Under the pieces are notes generated by a model. That model was given only the letters and a program-made list of their open reading frames with translations. It ran no database searches and was not told the origin of the DNA. A program made the translations under genes and the position numbers. DNA of 64,000 bases from Adineta vaga (taxonomy: Eukaryota; Animalia; Rotifera): contig CP075493.1 of the NCBI GenBank assembly GCA_021613535.1, positions 15,190,001 through 15,254,000 of the forward strand, given 5' to 3'. Positions 37,987-50,900 of this stretch are shown piece after piece (position 1 is the first letter of the stretch; the number at the start of each line of letters is the position of its first letter).

Positions 37987-39912
37987 TCACAATTCTGTAA
38001 TTTTTTCACGTTTTTTAAGTATATTTTCTTCAAATAAGGTATAAGTGCCAATCATCTTGGTGTATTCTTCAGTTATCTGCATTAGTTCAAGAACAATTCG
38101 ATCTCTTCGTCTAATGTGGATGTGAACACTAACAATTTTTGAAACATTCGACACACGCACAGCAATTAATGCAAGTTTTTCCTTACATATTTTGGAGGAT
38201 TTTTGTTGTTTTTCCAATGCCTTTCGATATTGCGTCAATAAAATATTTATATTTTCTCGTAAAATTTCAACATGTTCCAATTCTGCTTCGTATTGTGTTG
38301 CATCGTGAAACTTTTGGAAACTATCCACAGCGAATTTCGCTACTAGACTGAGAGCACCTAATGCGCCGGCGGCAGTCACGACAGGAACAATAGCAGCAGC
38401 TGACGTGATCGAAACAATGGCGATTCCGGACTTGACGGCAATGGATCCAAGCATGACAGAAGTGCTGGTAGCACCAAATACTTTTGCAACGTCACTAATC
38501 ATTGAACTGAACTTCTTACCCTTGATCTCTTCCTGCAAATCACTGATTACTTGTTTCATGGAATAGGGTTGATCATTACCAACTATTCGAAGAATTCCTT
38601 CTACTCTCAGTGTTACATTAAGTAGTTTGTCATCTAACTCTATATGGACTTTGCTATGAGATTCAATGGTAGGACTAATCTCTAGTAACCGGTTTTGTAG
38701 AACGACTTTCCTCATCAATTGTGTTTCCTCTCGTAATATGGGTAATATTCGCCGTTGAGCATGCATTAGTGTTACAAGATGCTCATGCATTTCTATGTAC
38801 GTTTGTAAAGTTTCATTCAAAGCAACTAAGAGATCGTTTGCTTGTTGTCGTCGCCTTGCTTTAATTGCTTTCGCTTCAATCCGTTTGTATGCTTGTTTGA
38901 GTGCAAGTGGTATGTCTTCGCTCACGGAATATAGTTCTGCCAGCTCTTGACTTGGCGATCGTATTGCAATATGGAGATTTTCGACGAGTTCAGTCATGTT
39001 TGCTTGAAAATTTTCATCCACATGCAAAGCTGCATATATCTGAAGTTCTTTGATTACAGGTATTTGATCAATTAACATAGACTCAAATTGATCTCTGTCA
39101 TTACTTAATGATTTTAATGTAGTAGTAGCATCAACATACCAACATTGTCGGTGCGATGGAGTAAAGGAGATTTGAGATAAATAGTGGAATAGTACAAAAG
39201 GAACGAGTCCACAGATGATAACAAAGCAGAGTATCTTAATCACACCTGTATCCGAGTTATTATCCTCGTGCCGTGAATTCGTAGAGAATAAGTGAAATAA
39301 TGAAACAATCCAAGACCGAAATGTTGAACCCATCTGCTCCCGTATTCGTGGCCGTATCCACGAAATTAATAAATATCCAAGGAGCATTATAGAAGACCAA
39401 ATTATCCAAGGATTCCAGCTATCATAATAAAAGATTTCATTATCATCGAGCATAATATTGAGTGGAACATCGGTGACCAGGAAACTGAGCTTCAAATTTG
39501 TTGCTAGTTCAAACCAATGTTGAAGGCTTTCCTCCACCAATGAATAATCGCCTGAATCCAAATCGTCTAGAATCGCACCACCACTTTCTAGACCTTTCAT
39601 CAAAATGTTTGAGAATTCCCAACAAGTTTCTGATTGTTTCATAACTAGAGTATGGTATTGTTGTGCGTTTTTTTTCATATTCGCTACTCGAATCTTTAAT
39701 TTTTTATCATTTGGACATTTAGTATGCGCATCTTCCATAAGATTTTTGAACTGTTTTGCTGTGACGAGTGACGTTTTATCCACGTAGGAACAGATTTTAC
39801 GAATACTATTCTGAAATCTAGTAATATTTTCCTCGAATATTGAAATACCAATAGTATTTTTCTCGGCCTGTACGAAGGACGAAAGAATTGCATAATTGCT
39901 AACCGACAGCAT
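37987..39912 (-). CDS. Helical coiled-coil membrane protein with two TM segments and a C-terminal Ala/Gly-rich hydrophobic hairpin
   Basis: 641-aa uninterrupted ORF; TM-like WIIWSSIMLLGYLLISWI and VIKILCFVIICGLVPFVLF; long hydrophobic stretch VFGATSTSVMLG...GALGALSLVAKFAV between heptad regions. Confidence 0.65.
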   Translation of the reverse strand: MLSVSNYAILSSFVQAEKNTIGISIFEENITRFQNSIRKICSYVDKTSLVTAKQFKNLMEDAHTKCPNDKKLKIRVANMKKNAQQYHTLVMKQSETCWEFSNILMKGLESGGAILDDLDSGDYSLVEESLQHWFELATNLKLSFLVTDVPLNIMLDDNEIFYYDSWNPWIIWSSIMLLGYLLISWIRPRIREQMGSTFRSWIVSLFHLFSTNSRHEDNNSDTGVIKILCFVIICGLVPFVLFHYLSQISFTPSHRQCWYVDATTTLKSLSNDRDQFESMLIDQIPVIKELQIYAALHVDENFQANMTELVENLHIAIRSPSQELAELYSVSEDIPLALKQAYKRIEAKAIKARRRQQANDLLVALNETLQTYIEMHEHLVTLMHAQRRILPILREETQLMRKVVLQNRLLEISPTIESHSKVHIELDDKLLNVTLRVEGILRIVGNDQPYSMKQVISDLQEEIKGKKFSSMISDVAKVFGATSTSVMLGSIAVKSGIAIVSITSAAAIVPVVTAAGALGALSLVAKFAVDSFQKFHDATQYEAELEHVEILRENINILLTQYRKALEKQQKSSKICKEKLALIAVRVSNVSKIVSVHIHIRRRDRIVLELMQITEEYTKMIGTYTLFEENILKKREKITEL

Positions 39913-40675
39913 TAAGATGAAGATGTAAAAGCCATATTGATGAACACTTTACCTTAGTAATGCGTAATAAGTATACTTACATGGGACTACAATGATTGCA
40001 AGTATAATGTTACGAAACAATACGCAAATATATTTGTAATTGTATTTATACTGATATAGCCGAACAGCTATTGAATATCTCTAGACAATATTATGGCGAT
40101 AAATCATTTTCTCACACTCTGACATAAACATCGCTGGGATTTCTTCCAGGTTTTAAGCAGTTATTTGCATGAGATATATCCAATCAACCTTTGACAACAA
40201 CAATAGAATGTTAGTGTACGTGTCATTGACGAAGGGAAAAAAACCTTCAAACAAAGAAGTAAAAGAAAGCAAAAGAGCAATTGTGACTTCATAAAATATA
40301 CCTCTTATCGTATTACCAGTAGAGAAGAAGAAGAGAACTATCAATATCTTATGAGTGAAACGAAAAGTATAGATTTGATTGTATTGAATACGAGATATTT
40401 ACATACACACTATGAAAATAGTTCGTACTTTTATTTTTTTCTTATTACAAAAAGAAATGTGTATTGTCATCTTGAATTCCACTCATTACGACTACTACAT
40501 CGAAATTAAAATTGAAATAATTTCGAGTACCATTGATTCAGAATCATCAAACTTTTTAGAGATTGGGTACTTTTGTTTTCTACCGAATGAAAAAGATAAT
40601 TATCTTCACCTTATCTCAAGGTATATATCTATACCACTGCTATTCTTTAGAGAAAGACAAATATATTTTGAAGTG

Positions 40676-42457
40676 ATGTATAAAAAATTGTTTTATATAT
40701 GTTTCATCGTTCTTTTTTTCTGCGATTCAATCAATTCCGTTGTTGTTGTCCCATTAACAGGCGATGATTGGACAATACACAATAATGGCTCCTATTCTGT
40801 TCAAGGTCAAATACCTGGTACTATTCATACAATTCTTCTTGCTGCAAATCAAATTACTGAACCCTATTGGGGTTATGATGATGTTAATCTACGCTATTTA
40901 ATTTACACTTCATGGACATTTAAAAAACGATTTTTCTTAACAGATGATTTTCTCATATTGACACAATTCACACTTCATTTTGATCAGATTGATGCAATTG
41001 CTAAGATAACATTAAATAGATGTTTTATCGGTCAAACAAATAATATGTTTCTCGGCTACACATTTAATGTGATGAAAAGTTGTTTACAATCGAATAATGA
41101 ACTTCAAATTGATTTTGAATCACCAGTGATGTATGCATTAAATCAAGCTCGTGCATATCATGATGATGTACCACCTGATTGTCCACCTGACATTCAATAT
41201 GGTGAATGTCATGTACAATTTATTCGAAAAGAACCTTGCTCATTCAGTTGGGATTGGGCTCCAGCATTTGCTCCAATTGGTATTACTGGTAATCTTTATC
41301 TACAAGGTACAAATAATTCCACCAAATTCATTCTACTCGAAAGTATTAACATTGCATCTTATCAAACATCGATCAATAAATGGCAAGTTGATGTTTTGCT
41401 AAGTAGTACCAATGATCCATTTTTAAGTCAACTGAAATTTGTATTAGAAAATACTTCATTTATATTTGAAACAAATATTACATTTAATCATAACATATCA
41501 ATTTCCTTCTTGATTCCTAATGATATCATTGAACTTTGGTGGCCAAATGGATATGGTAATCAGATTTTGTATAATTTATCTGTTTATAATCAAGAACAAC
41601 GAGTTGGATCACGTTCGATCGGTTTTCGAACAATTGAACTTGCTCAACATGATTATGGACCGAATATAAATGGAACATCGTTCTATTTTATTATTAATAA
41701 TCGTTCAATCTTTATCAAAGGAAGTAATTGGATACCACCAGATGCATTTCAAGAACGTGTAACGGATGAAAGACTTGAACGTTTACTTTATTCAGCAAAA
41801 CTAGCCAATATAAATATGCTACGAATTTGGGGTGGTGGAATCTATGAACGTGATTCATTCTACGAAATGGCGGATCGTTTTGGTATTATGCTATGGCATG
41901 ATTTCATGTTTGCCTGTAGTTTGTAAGTATAGAGTCATATCAATTCATATGTTTTATATTCGTCTATATTGTTAGATATCCAGTTGATGACGAATTTCTA
42001 GTGAATGTTCATGATGAAGTTATTTATCAAGTAAAACGTCTTCAATCACATTCTTCGATTGTTTTATGGTCAGGAAATAATGAAAATGAACAAGCAGTTG
42101 CACTCAATTGGTATCGTTTATCACCAGAAAAAATACCGAAAGCAAAAGACTAATATCGAAAATTATATGTTGATACAATTATGGATGCTGTGAAGAAAGT
42201 TGATAAAGGTAATAATCGACCATTTATAACATCATCACCAACGAATGGATTAGAATCAATCAAAGAAAATTATATTGCCACGAATCCTCAAGATCCACTC
42301 TATGGTAAGTATATCAATTTGAAAGTATTATTAATTGAGAATGAATTGTATAGGTGATGTTCATTTTTATGGTTTTAATAATGATACTTGGAATCCGGCA
42401 ACATATCCTATCACGCGTTTTTTATCCGAAACAGGTATGAATTCATTGCCAAGTCTT
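40676..42457 (+). pseudogene. MANBA: Beta-mannosidase (GH2), premature stop and 3' truncation
   Basis: [50 protein letters not shown] and RFLSETG motifs; TAA at 42151-42153; similarity ends abruptly after SLPSL (~42457). Confidence 0.85.
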
Positions 42458-43200
42458 GGTTTCGATCACCATTCTATACCACGTTTTTTTGCTAATACAT
42501 TTCGTTCTTCTTGCTTCTGTCCCGTTCCATTTGCAACATAACCAGTATATCGTTTAGTTTCTCATTTTGCATAACAATTTGCTGTTCCATTTCATGTTTT
42601 AATTCAATAACAGATATGTTATCTAAACCCAACTTTACCGGTAGGTTCTTACTTGTGTTTTTTTGTATTGTTCCATTATATGGTTTTGTACCAACGTATT
42701 TAACTAGCCACGGACCCACGCACTTCTTCGTTAACTTGATAAGTTTTGTTTTTTCCAGTACTTTGACATGACTCGAGTTAGCATAATTATTAATCATAAA
42801 ATTAAATTTGTTTTCTACATTTTTAATTTTGCTGTTGTGATTTACTATTGTGTTGATCAAGCCCTGATTTTTGTTCTCATTCAACAGTTGTTCTTCATCT
42901 TGTTGTGTGTTGACTCTCTCTCTATGCCGTGCAGCAGCTGATGCTGTCTACAAGGTTCGATCAAGGCCCGACTTCATTGTTACGAATTCTACTGGTATTG
43001 ATTGAACAATTAGCAAGATAATATATAATACAATTAAGTGAAAAATCATCGAGAGAGAGAGAGAGATGTAATTCGAATCGAATGAATAATGTAAACAGGA
43101 CTGTAATGAATATCTAGCTGTCGTACTATCCACCGTGGACGATTTTATCTCGTTCTGTTAAACGTATAAATATCGTAAAGAAGACCTAGTAGTACGAGGG
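42458..43200 (-). mobile_element. Unrelated inserted or rearranged sequence truncating the mannosidase; possible transposon fragment
   Basis: Sharp junction; minus-strand 130-aa coiled-coil-like ORF 42492..42884; TACGAGGG at ~43193 resembles a mariner terminus but no partner TIR was found. Confidence 0.3.
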
Positions 43201-44063
43201 TCGAATCAGATATGATTCTAACCAATAGGAAATATTACAAAGTCGTCATGTTGAAATAGTGAATAGGAATAAAATTTATCACATAAATACAAGATTGCAA
43301 GAATCGTTAATGACTTTTCGCGATTAGAACAAAGGGATGGTTTATATAGACTTCGAGTTTTGTTCGACAATTTTGATCACTTTCAAGTTCTGATACTGAA
43401 ATAATTAAAGTATTTTATCCATAAGACATTTTCTTGCAAGACATATTGTTTCGTAACAGATCATGGTCTTACCTAATAGCAATTTAAATATGAAAACCTT
43501 ATTGTCGATGGAATTTTTATTAAGAATTCATCATTTTCAATACAACTTTGCAGCCAATTTACAAACCATAATCTGTAATTGATATTGATATTCAGAGAAA
43601 TATCTCACGACAAACTTTACTACAAAACATAGTTTGCACTTGCCAATCGAAATTATCATGTATTTTTTAACTTTTATTCTCTCTTCTCTGATGCATATCC
43701 TTTCCGCATAATTTGCTTGAATTTATTGTCAGGTTCATTGTGATCGATATTCTATCTGTCATTATATCGTTGTACAACTGCTTCGCTTTGGCATATATAT
43801 CTGACTATTGAAAGTAATGACGGACTACTCTAACCGCACCAACTATAAGATGTCAAAATAATGCTAGACGACTGCTTTATTCTCGCTTCGATATCCATTT
43901 TCTATATATACCTCATGTATTGAATTCGAAGTCAGCAAAACATTGATTTTATTGTATGACTTACATTCACCAATAGTTTTTATATAAAACACTATTTCAT
44001 AATACATCTGACTTTCAATTATCGTAGCAAGCCTAAAGGATCAACTGTCATTGTCACATTATA

Positions 44064-45163
44064 ATGGCTACCACATTGAGTATGCTAATAACATTAACAA
44101 CAAATTGTCTGTTGAAACAAACGATTTCAGAACATTCAGTTGTTCAGCAACTTGCCAATACAATGAATGCTCATACACTACGAGTAATTTGTTCTTTTCA
44201 AGGTCGACAGAGTAAATATTTCTTTTTTGTTAAAACATAAATTCTACTTTAATCACTCTGTCATATAGATCTTACGATTTGCTCTCACATACTGCTGATC
44301 ATTGATAATAATGGTTACGAATCAAATCTAATTATGCTTATTTTTATTTTGACAATCGTAGTATATTTGTGTTATGGAAAATAAACACTTAATTATATTC
44401 GTATGATAATCTACATGTTCTTGCTTGTCTGGCTTTTGGCTCGTTATTGTAACTATAATAATAATAATTGCTGTTATCAAATAGATATATTCACTGTTTA
44501 TTTTCTTGTTTGGCAATTTATGTATGTTATGTGTAAATGGGAATGTTATGAACTTTCATGGCCTCTTTTAATATTTCAACAAGCATCAAGTTGTATATCT
44601 TCTTCACTAACAGTATTTTTCTTGTATGATATTCTCTATCGCTACGTACCATTTCAACTTAAAATCATTTTTGTATGGTCATTATCATTATATGACATGT
44701 AAGTGAAATCTTTGAAAAGTATATCAAACAATAAAAAGAAACGAATCTATTGTAATTTTCTAGCGTTGCCTGTCTTTACATTCATGGACGTCTTCAAAAG
44801 CTATTTAAACGCTATAAATCAACAGGTGAAATACCCTATGATACCTACGTCACATACGATGTCGAAGATGGAAAAGATAATGACGATTCTCAACAATCTA
44901 TAGGTTTGGGTGATTTCTGTATTTACAATCTTATGATTTTATGCATTATCAATCTAATTCCATCGACAACAATACAGATATTCATAGGGTTTGGATGTAT
45001 AGCTTGTATACAAGTTGGTTATTGTATTACGATTCTTCTTAAAAAGGTATGGAAACTAGATATGGGTCCTGCTTTACCATGTTCTGTTGTTAGTTTTTCT
45101 ATATATAGCTTAATTATTGATTTTATCATGAACTATCATACATCACATAATTGTAACAATTAA
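44064..45163 (+). pseudogene. Compact presenilin-like GxGD aspartyl protease with one in-frame TAA
   Basis: Spliced product has DIFTVYFLVWQF..W...PLLIFQQA, SLYD|IVACL, IGLGDFCIY and GPALP motifs; TAA at 44382-44384. Confidence 0.8.
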
Positions 45164-45744
45164 TGAATATAGCTAAATAAAAACACTCCTTAATTTAGGA
45201 ACATCTATTGTATTGTAAAGACTTAGATTGATTTCGAAAATCAGTAAATAATTAAGACAACTAATCAATATTTTTGGTAATCATTCAATTAGAGAAATAT
45301 ATAGTATAATAATACGAAACATTTCATATAGTGAGTAATCCATTAATAAAATGAAATATCCCCCATTAAATCGCTTCACAATCAAAATATACGCACTAAT
45401 ATATCATATATTCTCAACTAGAGAAAACAATCGTACTAATAATATTCATATCCAACCAAATTCTTATATTAAATGTTATTCAAGTTACATACAAACACAT
45501 ATCACAAAAGCGAAAAAAAGATCAACTATATGCATAGTTATAAAATGCAAATTGACAAAAAAATCATCAAACTAATCATAATAATTGAGATTTCTTTAAC
45601 AAATTCTTCACTAAACAAATATTATCATTCATAAGAGTAGTCGTTCCATTTTCATCATCATCATTTAAATCATTATTAACAAAAGAATATTTCGTCCATT
45701 GAATTAACATAGATAAAACATGAAATCTATTTGCATATCTTAAT

Positions 45745-45850
45745 GTCAAATGTGGAGAAAAACATCGTGTTCGGTAATGATTTGTCAATGATCCAACAAT
45801 TAACCCATCAGATTTCCATTCATTCTTTTATGTCATCATGATAATAACAA
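45745..45850 (-). pseudogene. Isolated GPS-motif fragment of a polycystin-1-like gene
   Basis: Reads CYYHDDIKE-WKSDGLIVGSLTNHYRTRCFSPHLT (C..W..C..HLT GPS pattern) with a 4-bp GAAT duplication causing a frameshift. Confidence 0.55.
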
Positions 45851-46020
45851 TCTGATGTAAATATAAATTCTCATTTCATAATTTGAACTAAAATTATATT
45901 TATTATTTTTCATTATGGTAATTCATTTTTCAATAAATGAGAAAAACAAAGAAATGTTCACCCATCAATTTCTTTTCTTTTCTTGTAATGGACCATTTAC
46001 ACCCTTCATCAATTCTTCTA

Positions 46021-46095
46021 TTGAGGGGTATGGGTGGTAGTGGGTGTGGGTGTTGGATAGCTGAAATATATACACCCACACCCACACCCTCAAGA
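46021..46095. repeat. Telomere-repeat hairpin element copy
   Basis: TTGAGGGGTATGGG...TGGGTGTGGGTG...CACCCACACCCACACCCTCAAGA. Confidence 0.8.
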
Positions 46096-46663
46096 ACTTA
46101 TTAACTTTTTACTCCATTTGTTAGATAAGCTTTGAAAAAAAAGAAGCCTCATAGTACCTGCCGTTTTCGAAGCTCTTTCAAACAAAAAAAAGTCTGTATA
46201 TTTAATGAAGGCTTACAAAGAAATCCTGCAGACAAAATGAGCAATTTTTGGATCCCTGTTTGGTTCATATCTTCGTCAAATAACGTCATATCGAGCTGAA
46301 AATTTTATCGCATTCTCCTCACTCTTAAATAACAAATGCATATCGAAGAAAAATTACGATAGAACAATAAATCTTATAAACTCGATTTTTTATTGTTTCA
46401 TTTTAATTGAAACTTAATTCATTATGGCAATTATTTAAATGATTATGTACTTTCTATGTGTTAGTACACAAGTAATTTTTATATCATATTATGATATATG
46501 GAAGATATACAGCCATTTTCATTTACTGCTGAAAGTGCATAAGTGTATTATAAAAAAATTACCTTAGATAAGAGTAATGTGAAAATACACCTACAAAATA
46601 ACCAAACATTAGTCATACTATATAAAAAAAAACTTACTATGTGTGTCTAGAGAATCTATAACG

Positions 46664-47179
46664 ATGGCTAGTAACTATACTGACAATTCGATTGATCGAC
46701 TAACTGAACAAATCCAAATTCTGTCACGTCGTGTTGAACAACTTGAAAAAAGGACAATGAAACAAATCGTCAAGAAATTATTAGTACCATCGGAACTACA
46801 AAAAATTCAGCTGCATGAAAGTGAAAGGCAATTTCATGTTAATCTTTCGGAATATCTCCCAGAAAATGAAGATGTCAAAGCCGTTCTTCTGTCGGTAAAG
46901 GTTGTACATAGTAATCATCCTTTTGGACATGCATATTTGGGATTCACTGCTCATCAAGAACGGTGTTTATCTGATCAGAAAACTGAATTTTATGAACAAA
47001 CTTATAACTGTCATGGTACTGTACATCAACAAGAACTGATCGTTCCTTGGAACAATTGTGAAAATAATCCATCAATGAATTTGGTGATTGATATTACCCA
47101 TTCAAGAAATACTGGAAGTTATCGAAACGTTGGAAATGTAAATCACTTTGAAATTAAAGTAACTGGTTATATTATATGA
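46664..47179 (+). CDS. Hypothetical protein: short coiled coil plus beta-rich C-terminal domain
   Basis: Intronless 171-aa ORF; heptad IDRLTEQIQILSRRVEQLEK followed by alternating beta-strand patterns ending FEIKVTGYII. Confidence 0.6.
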   Translation: MASNYTDNSIDRLTEQIQILSRRVEQLEKRTMKQIVKKLLVPSELQKIQLHESERQFHVNLSEYLPENEDVKAVLLSVKVVHSNHPFGHAYLGFTAHQERCLSDQKTEFYEQTYNCHGTVHQQELIVPWNNCENNPSMNLVIDITHSRNTGSYRNVGNVNHFEIKVTGYII

Positions 47180-47219
47180 AATTGTTTTTCGAACAAATCT
47201 TACTATTTGAGTTCTAATC

Positions 47220-47270
47220 ATCTTGAGGGTAAAAGGGAGTGAAGAGAACAACGACACCCTCACTCAAGAT
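47220..47270. repeat. Telomere-repeat hairpin element copy
   Basis: ATCTTGAGGGT...CACCCTCACTCAAGAT. Confidence 0.75.
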
Positions 47271-47368
47271 GCATGAAAGATGAATGATAGTGTTCTCTTT
47301 TTTTTCTCGTCTGCTGCAAAATATTTAAGAACAATACTTGAAAGAATACATGATCGTTTTTTTTTTCG

Positions 47369-47424
47369 TTGAGGGTGGTTGTGGGTGAGAGTATATTCTC
47401 TTTACTCTCACCCACACCCACGAT
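47369..47424. repeat. Telomere-repeat hairpin element copy
   Basis: TTGAGGGTGGTTGTGGGTGAGAGTA...TACTCTCACCCACACCCA. Confidence 0.7.
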
Positions 47425-47983
47425 GTTGGGTTGGTATCGTGCATTGGCCTATACAAAATGTTCTAATACCGTGAAATTAGTAGGAAAAGTTTTTAATTCA
47501 TGTCTTAATAATATCTGTCATCAAACAATAGTTCTAAAACGGACAGTAGTCCAGAAATACTTTGTCGCTGTACATATGTATCATATGATGAAAACATGTT
47601 CCGACTAAAATTTCTCTATGGATAGGCCTCCCTAGAGTATTGTTTCATACTTGACATCAACGCTCCTTGCGTAAGAAATCCACACAATATCACGCTTCAA
47701 CTCGAGTGATCATTTCGCGCCTATCCCTTGTGAAAGAAACTTGACGATCTTGATTATTTTATTGAGAAGCATTAGAATTTATAATAAATGATCGAAATAA
47801 AAGCGCAGAGCAAATACAAGAAAAATTATGGCTAATGTGTGTGCCAAAAAAAGGAATAAAAGAACGTTTATCGTAGAATGCTTAAAAAAATTAAGATACA
47901 TGAATGAATGATCTCGGTGGATCACTTACTTTCATCAAATCAACGTTCTGGAGAAAAAACGATGTATCGTTAGCAGTTAAGTT

Positions 47984-50900
47984 CTAACAATGAAACAAAA
48001 TCCCGACATAGTTTGCACCATTGATTGCATCATTGTTCGCCGTAACTATATCAGGTTTGTTGTCACCATTTATATCGACCACGGCAACTGAGTATGGATA
48101 ATTACCAACTGAGTAACTAATTTTAGAAAAAAAAGTACCATTGCCTTTATTGAGAAAAACACTAACAGTGGGTACACCAGTCTCTCCCGTAATTATATCA
48201 GGTTTGCTGTCATTGTTTACATCCATGACTGCGACTGAAGTTGGATAATTACCAGTTGTATAAGTAATTTGAGAAGAAAACGTACCGTTGCCTATATTAA
48301 AAAGAACACTAACAGTGCCAGACCCATAGTTAGCCGCAATTATATCAGGCTTATTGTCACCATTTATATCGACCACGGCAACTGAACGGGGTCCGGTACC
48401 AATTGAATATGTAAGTTGAGAAGCAAATGTGCCATTCCCAACATTCAGAAGAATACTAACAGTGTTTGCACGATTGTTTGCCGTAATTATGTCAGGCATA
48501 TTGTCATTATTTACATCGACAACTGCAACTGAGTATGAACCGTTGCCAGTTGAGTAATTAATTTGAGAAGAAAAGGTAGCGTTACCTTTATTCAGAAGAA
48601 TACTAACAGTGTTTTCACCATTATTTGCCGTAATTATATCAGGTTGATTGTCACCATTTATATCGATCACAGCAACCGATCGTGGATAAGAACCTGTTGA
48701 GTAACTATTTTGAATAGAAAATATACCATTGCCTGTGTTGAGCAAAACACTAATAGTGTTTACAGCATAGTTTGCCGTAATTATATCAGGCTTGTTATCA
48801 TTGTTTACATCGGCAACCGCAACTGAGTATGAACCGTTGCCAGTTGAGTAATTACTTCGAGAAGAAAAGGTAGCATTGCCTGCATTGAGAAGAATACTAA
48901 CAGTGTTTGCACCATCGTTTGCCGTAACTATATCAAGTTTGTTGTCACTGTTCACATCGATAATCAGTACTGATTGTGGACTGCTTCCTGTTGGGTACAT
49001 AATTTGAGAAGAAAAAGTACCGTTGTTTACATTCAAAAGAACATTAACAGTGGCTGTCCCATAGTTAGCCGTAATTATATCAGGTTGATTGTCACTGTTT
49101 AAATCAACTACGGCAACTGAGGATGGACTGGCGCTAGTTGAATACATAGTTTGAGAAGAAAATGTGCCATTACCTTTATTGAGAAGAATACTGACAGTGC
49201 TCACAGCATAGTTTACCGTAACTATATCAGGTTGATTGTCATTGTTAACATCTTTGACAGCAACTGAATATGGATATTTACCAGTTGAATAAGTAATTTG
49301 AGAAGCAAATGTGCCATTTCCGGTATTCAAAAGAACACTAACAGTACTTGGACCATAGTTGGCCGTAACTATATCAGGCTTATTGTCACCGGTTATATCG
49401 ACCACAGCAACTGAGCGGGGTCCGGTACCAGTTGAGTAAGTAATTGGAGAAGCAAATATACCATTCCCAGTATTAAGAAGAATACTAACAGTATTTGCAC
49501 CATAGTTGGCCGTAATTATATCAGGCTTGCTGTCGTTATTTACATCGACCACGGCAACTGAGTATGGAAGATTACCAGTTGAGTAATTACTTTGAGGAGA
49601 GAATGTACCATTACCGTTATTGAGAAGAATACTGACAGTGCTCACAGCATAGTTTACCGTAACTATATCAGGTTGATTGTCATTGTTAACATCTTTGACA
49701 GCAACTGAGTATGGATAATTACCAATTGAATAAGTAATTTGAGATGCAAATGTGCCGTTCCCGGTATTCAGAAGAATACTAACAGTATTTGCACCATTAT
49801 TCGCCGTAACTATATCAGGCTTATTGTCACCGTTTATATCGACCACAGCAACTGAGCGCGGACTGTGACCAGTTGAGTAAGTAACTTGAGAAGAAAACGT
49901 ACCGTTGCCTATATTTAGAAGAACACTAGTAGTGTTTCCTGTGTAGCTTGCCGTAACTATATCAGGTTTGTTGTCACTGTTCACATCTGCGACAATTATT
50001 GTGAGCGGAGACAAGCCAACTGTGTAACTGGGTCGATTGTAGTACATGTTATTGCATGCTGTCAGAAAAAAATGAAACGGGTTACTTAGAAGTACTACAA
50101 AAATGAGTGCACATCTTCGGAGTCTTCTGTAGTCGAAATTTTTCTAGAATATTTTGTTCTGAACCGAAGAAGGAGATTAGCTAGGATGGATTAGAACAGG
50201 ATATTAAATCAAAGAATGTCGCATATGTTTGGCTATTTGAGTTCTGTGTGTGTGTCAATATGATTAGGCTCCGCATTAGGTGAAAATCGATAATGATCTA
50301 CAAGAGTCTAGTAGTTTTGGGCTGCAGTTTATGCTCAGTAAACTCATTGCTCTTGTGTAATCATTTCTATGGTGTGAATATATTGTGTAAAACAATCCGC
50401 TTGACTTCTATTACAGTTGAAATAGCAAAAATATGGCGTCATATTCTTAGTTTACATTCAAAGTAGCTAGCATTGGCACAAGTAATATTAGGCGAAGGAT
50501 ATACTGAAAAGAAATTGGATGTTTTACCAAACTTCTTAAAGTTCAGCAAGTTCTAAAAGCTTCGGCCTCGTGAGATACTTTTTCGAAAACTACCAACATG
50601 GGAGGAGTCTTTTTCTTCGAGATTTTCATAGATTTCTGCAAAAATTGAATAAACTATCGAATTTATTACAAAGATCGCAAGTGTCTTACGTACCATCAGG
50701 TATTGGAGTTGTCGAGGTTGTTGTCGTAGTTGTTGTTGAGATCGGTGTTGAGGTTGTTGTTGATGTAGTGGTGGGTTCTATGTTTTGTGAAAAAAATAAA
50801 CACAGAAATGAAAGAATAGAATCGACAAGCTTTGATTAGAATATTTTTCTATCTACCAAGAATACATCTAGCTCTTAAGGATTTATGATAATTTGTAAGC

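Noticed and set aside
40412-40675. N-terminal 88 aa of the 504-aa ORF
   Set aside because: The signal-peptide-bearing start is the ATG at 40676; the upstream part looks like UTR or intron.
42151-44384. In-frame TAA codons as evidence of an alternative genetic code
   Set aside because: TAA, TAG and TGA all terminate intact genes in this window, and long ORFs have no internal TAA.
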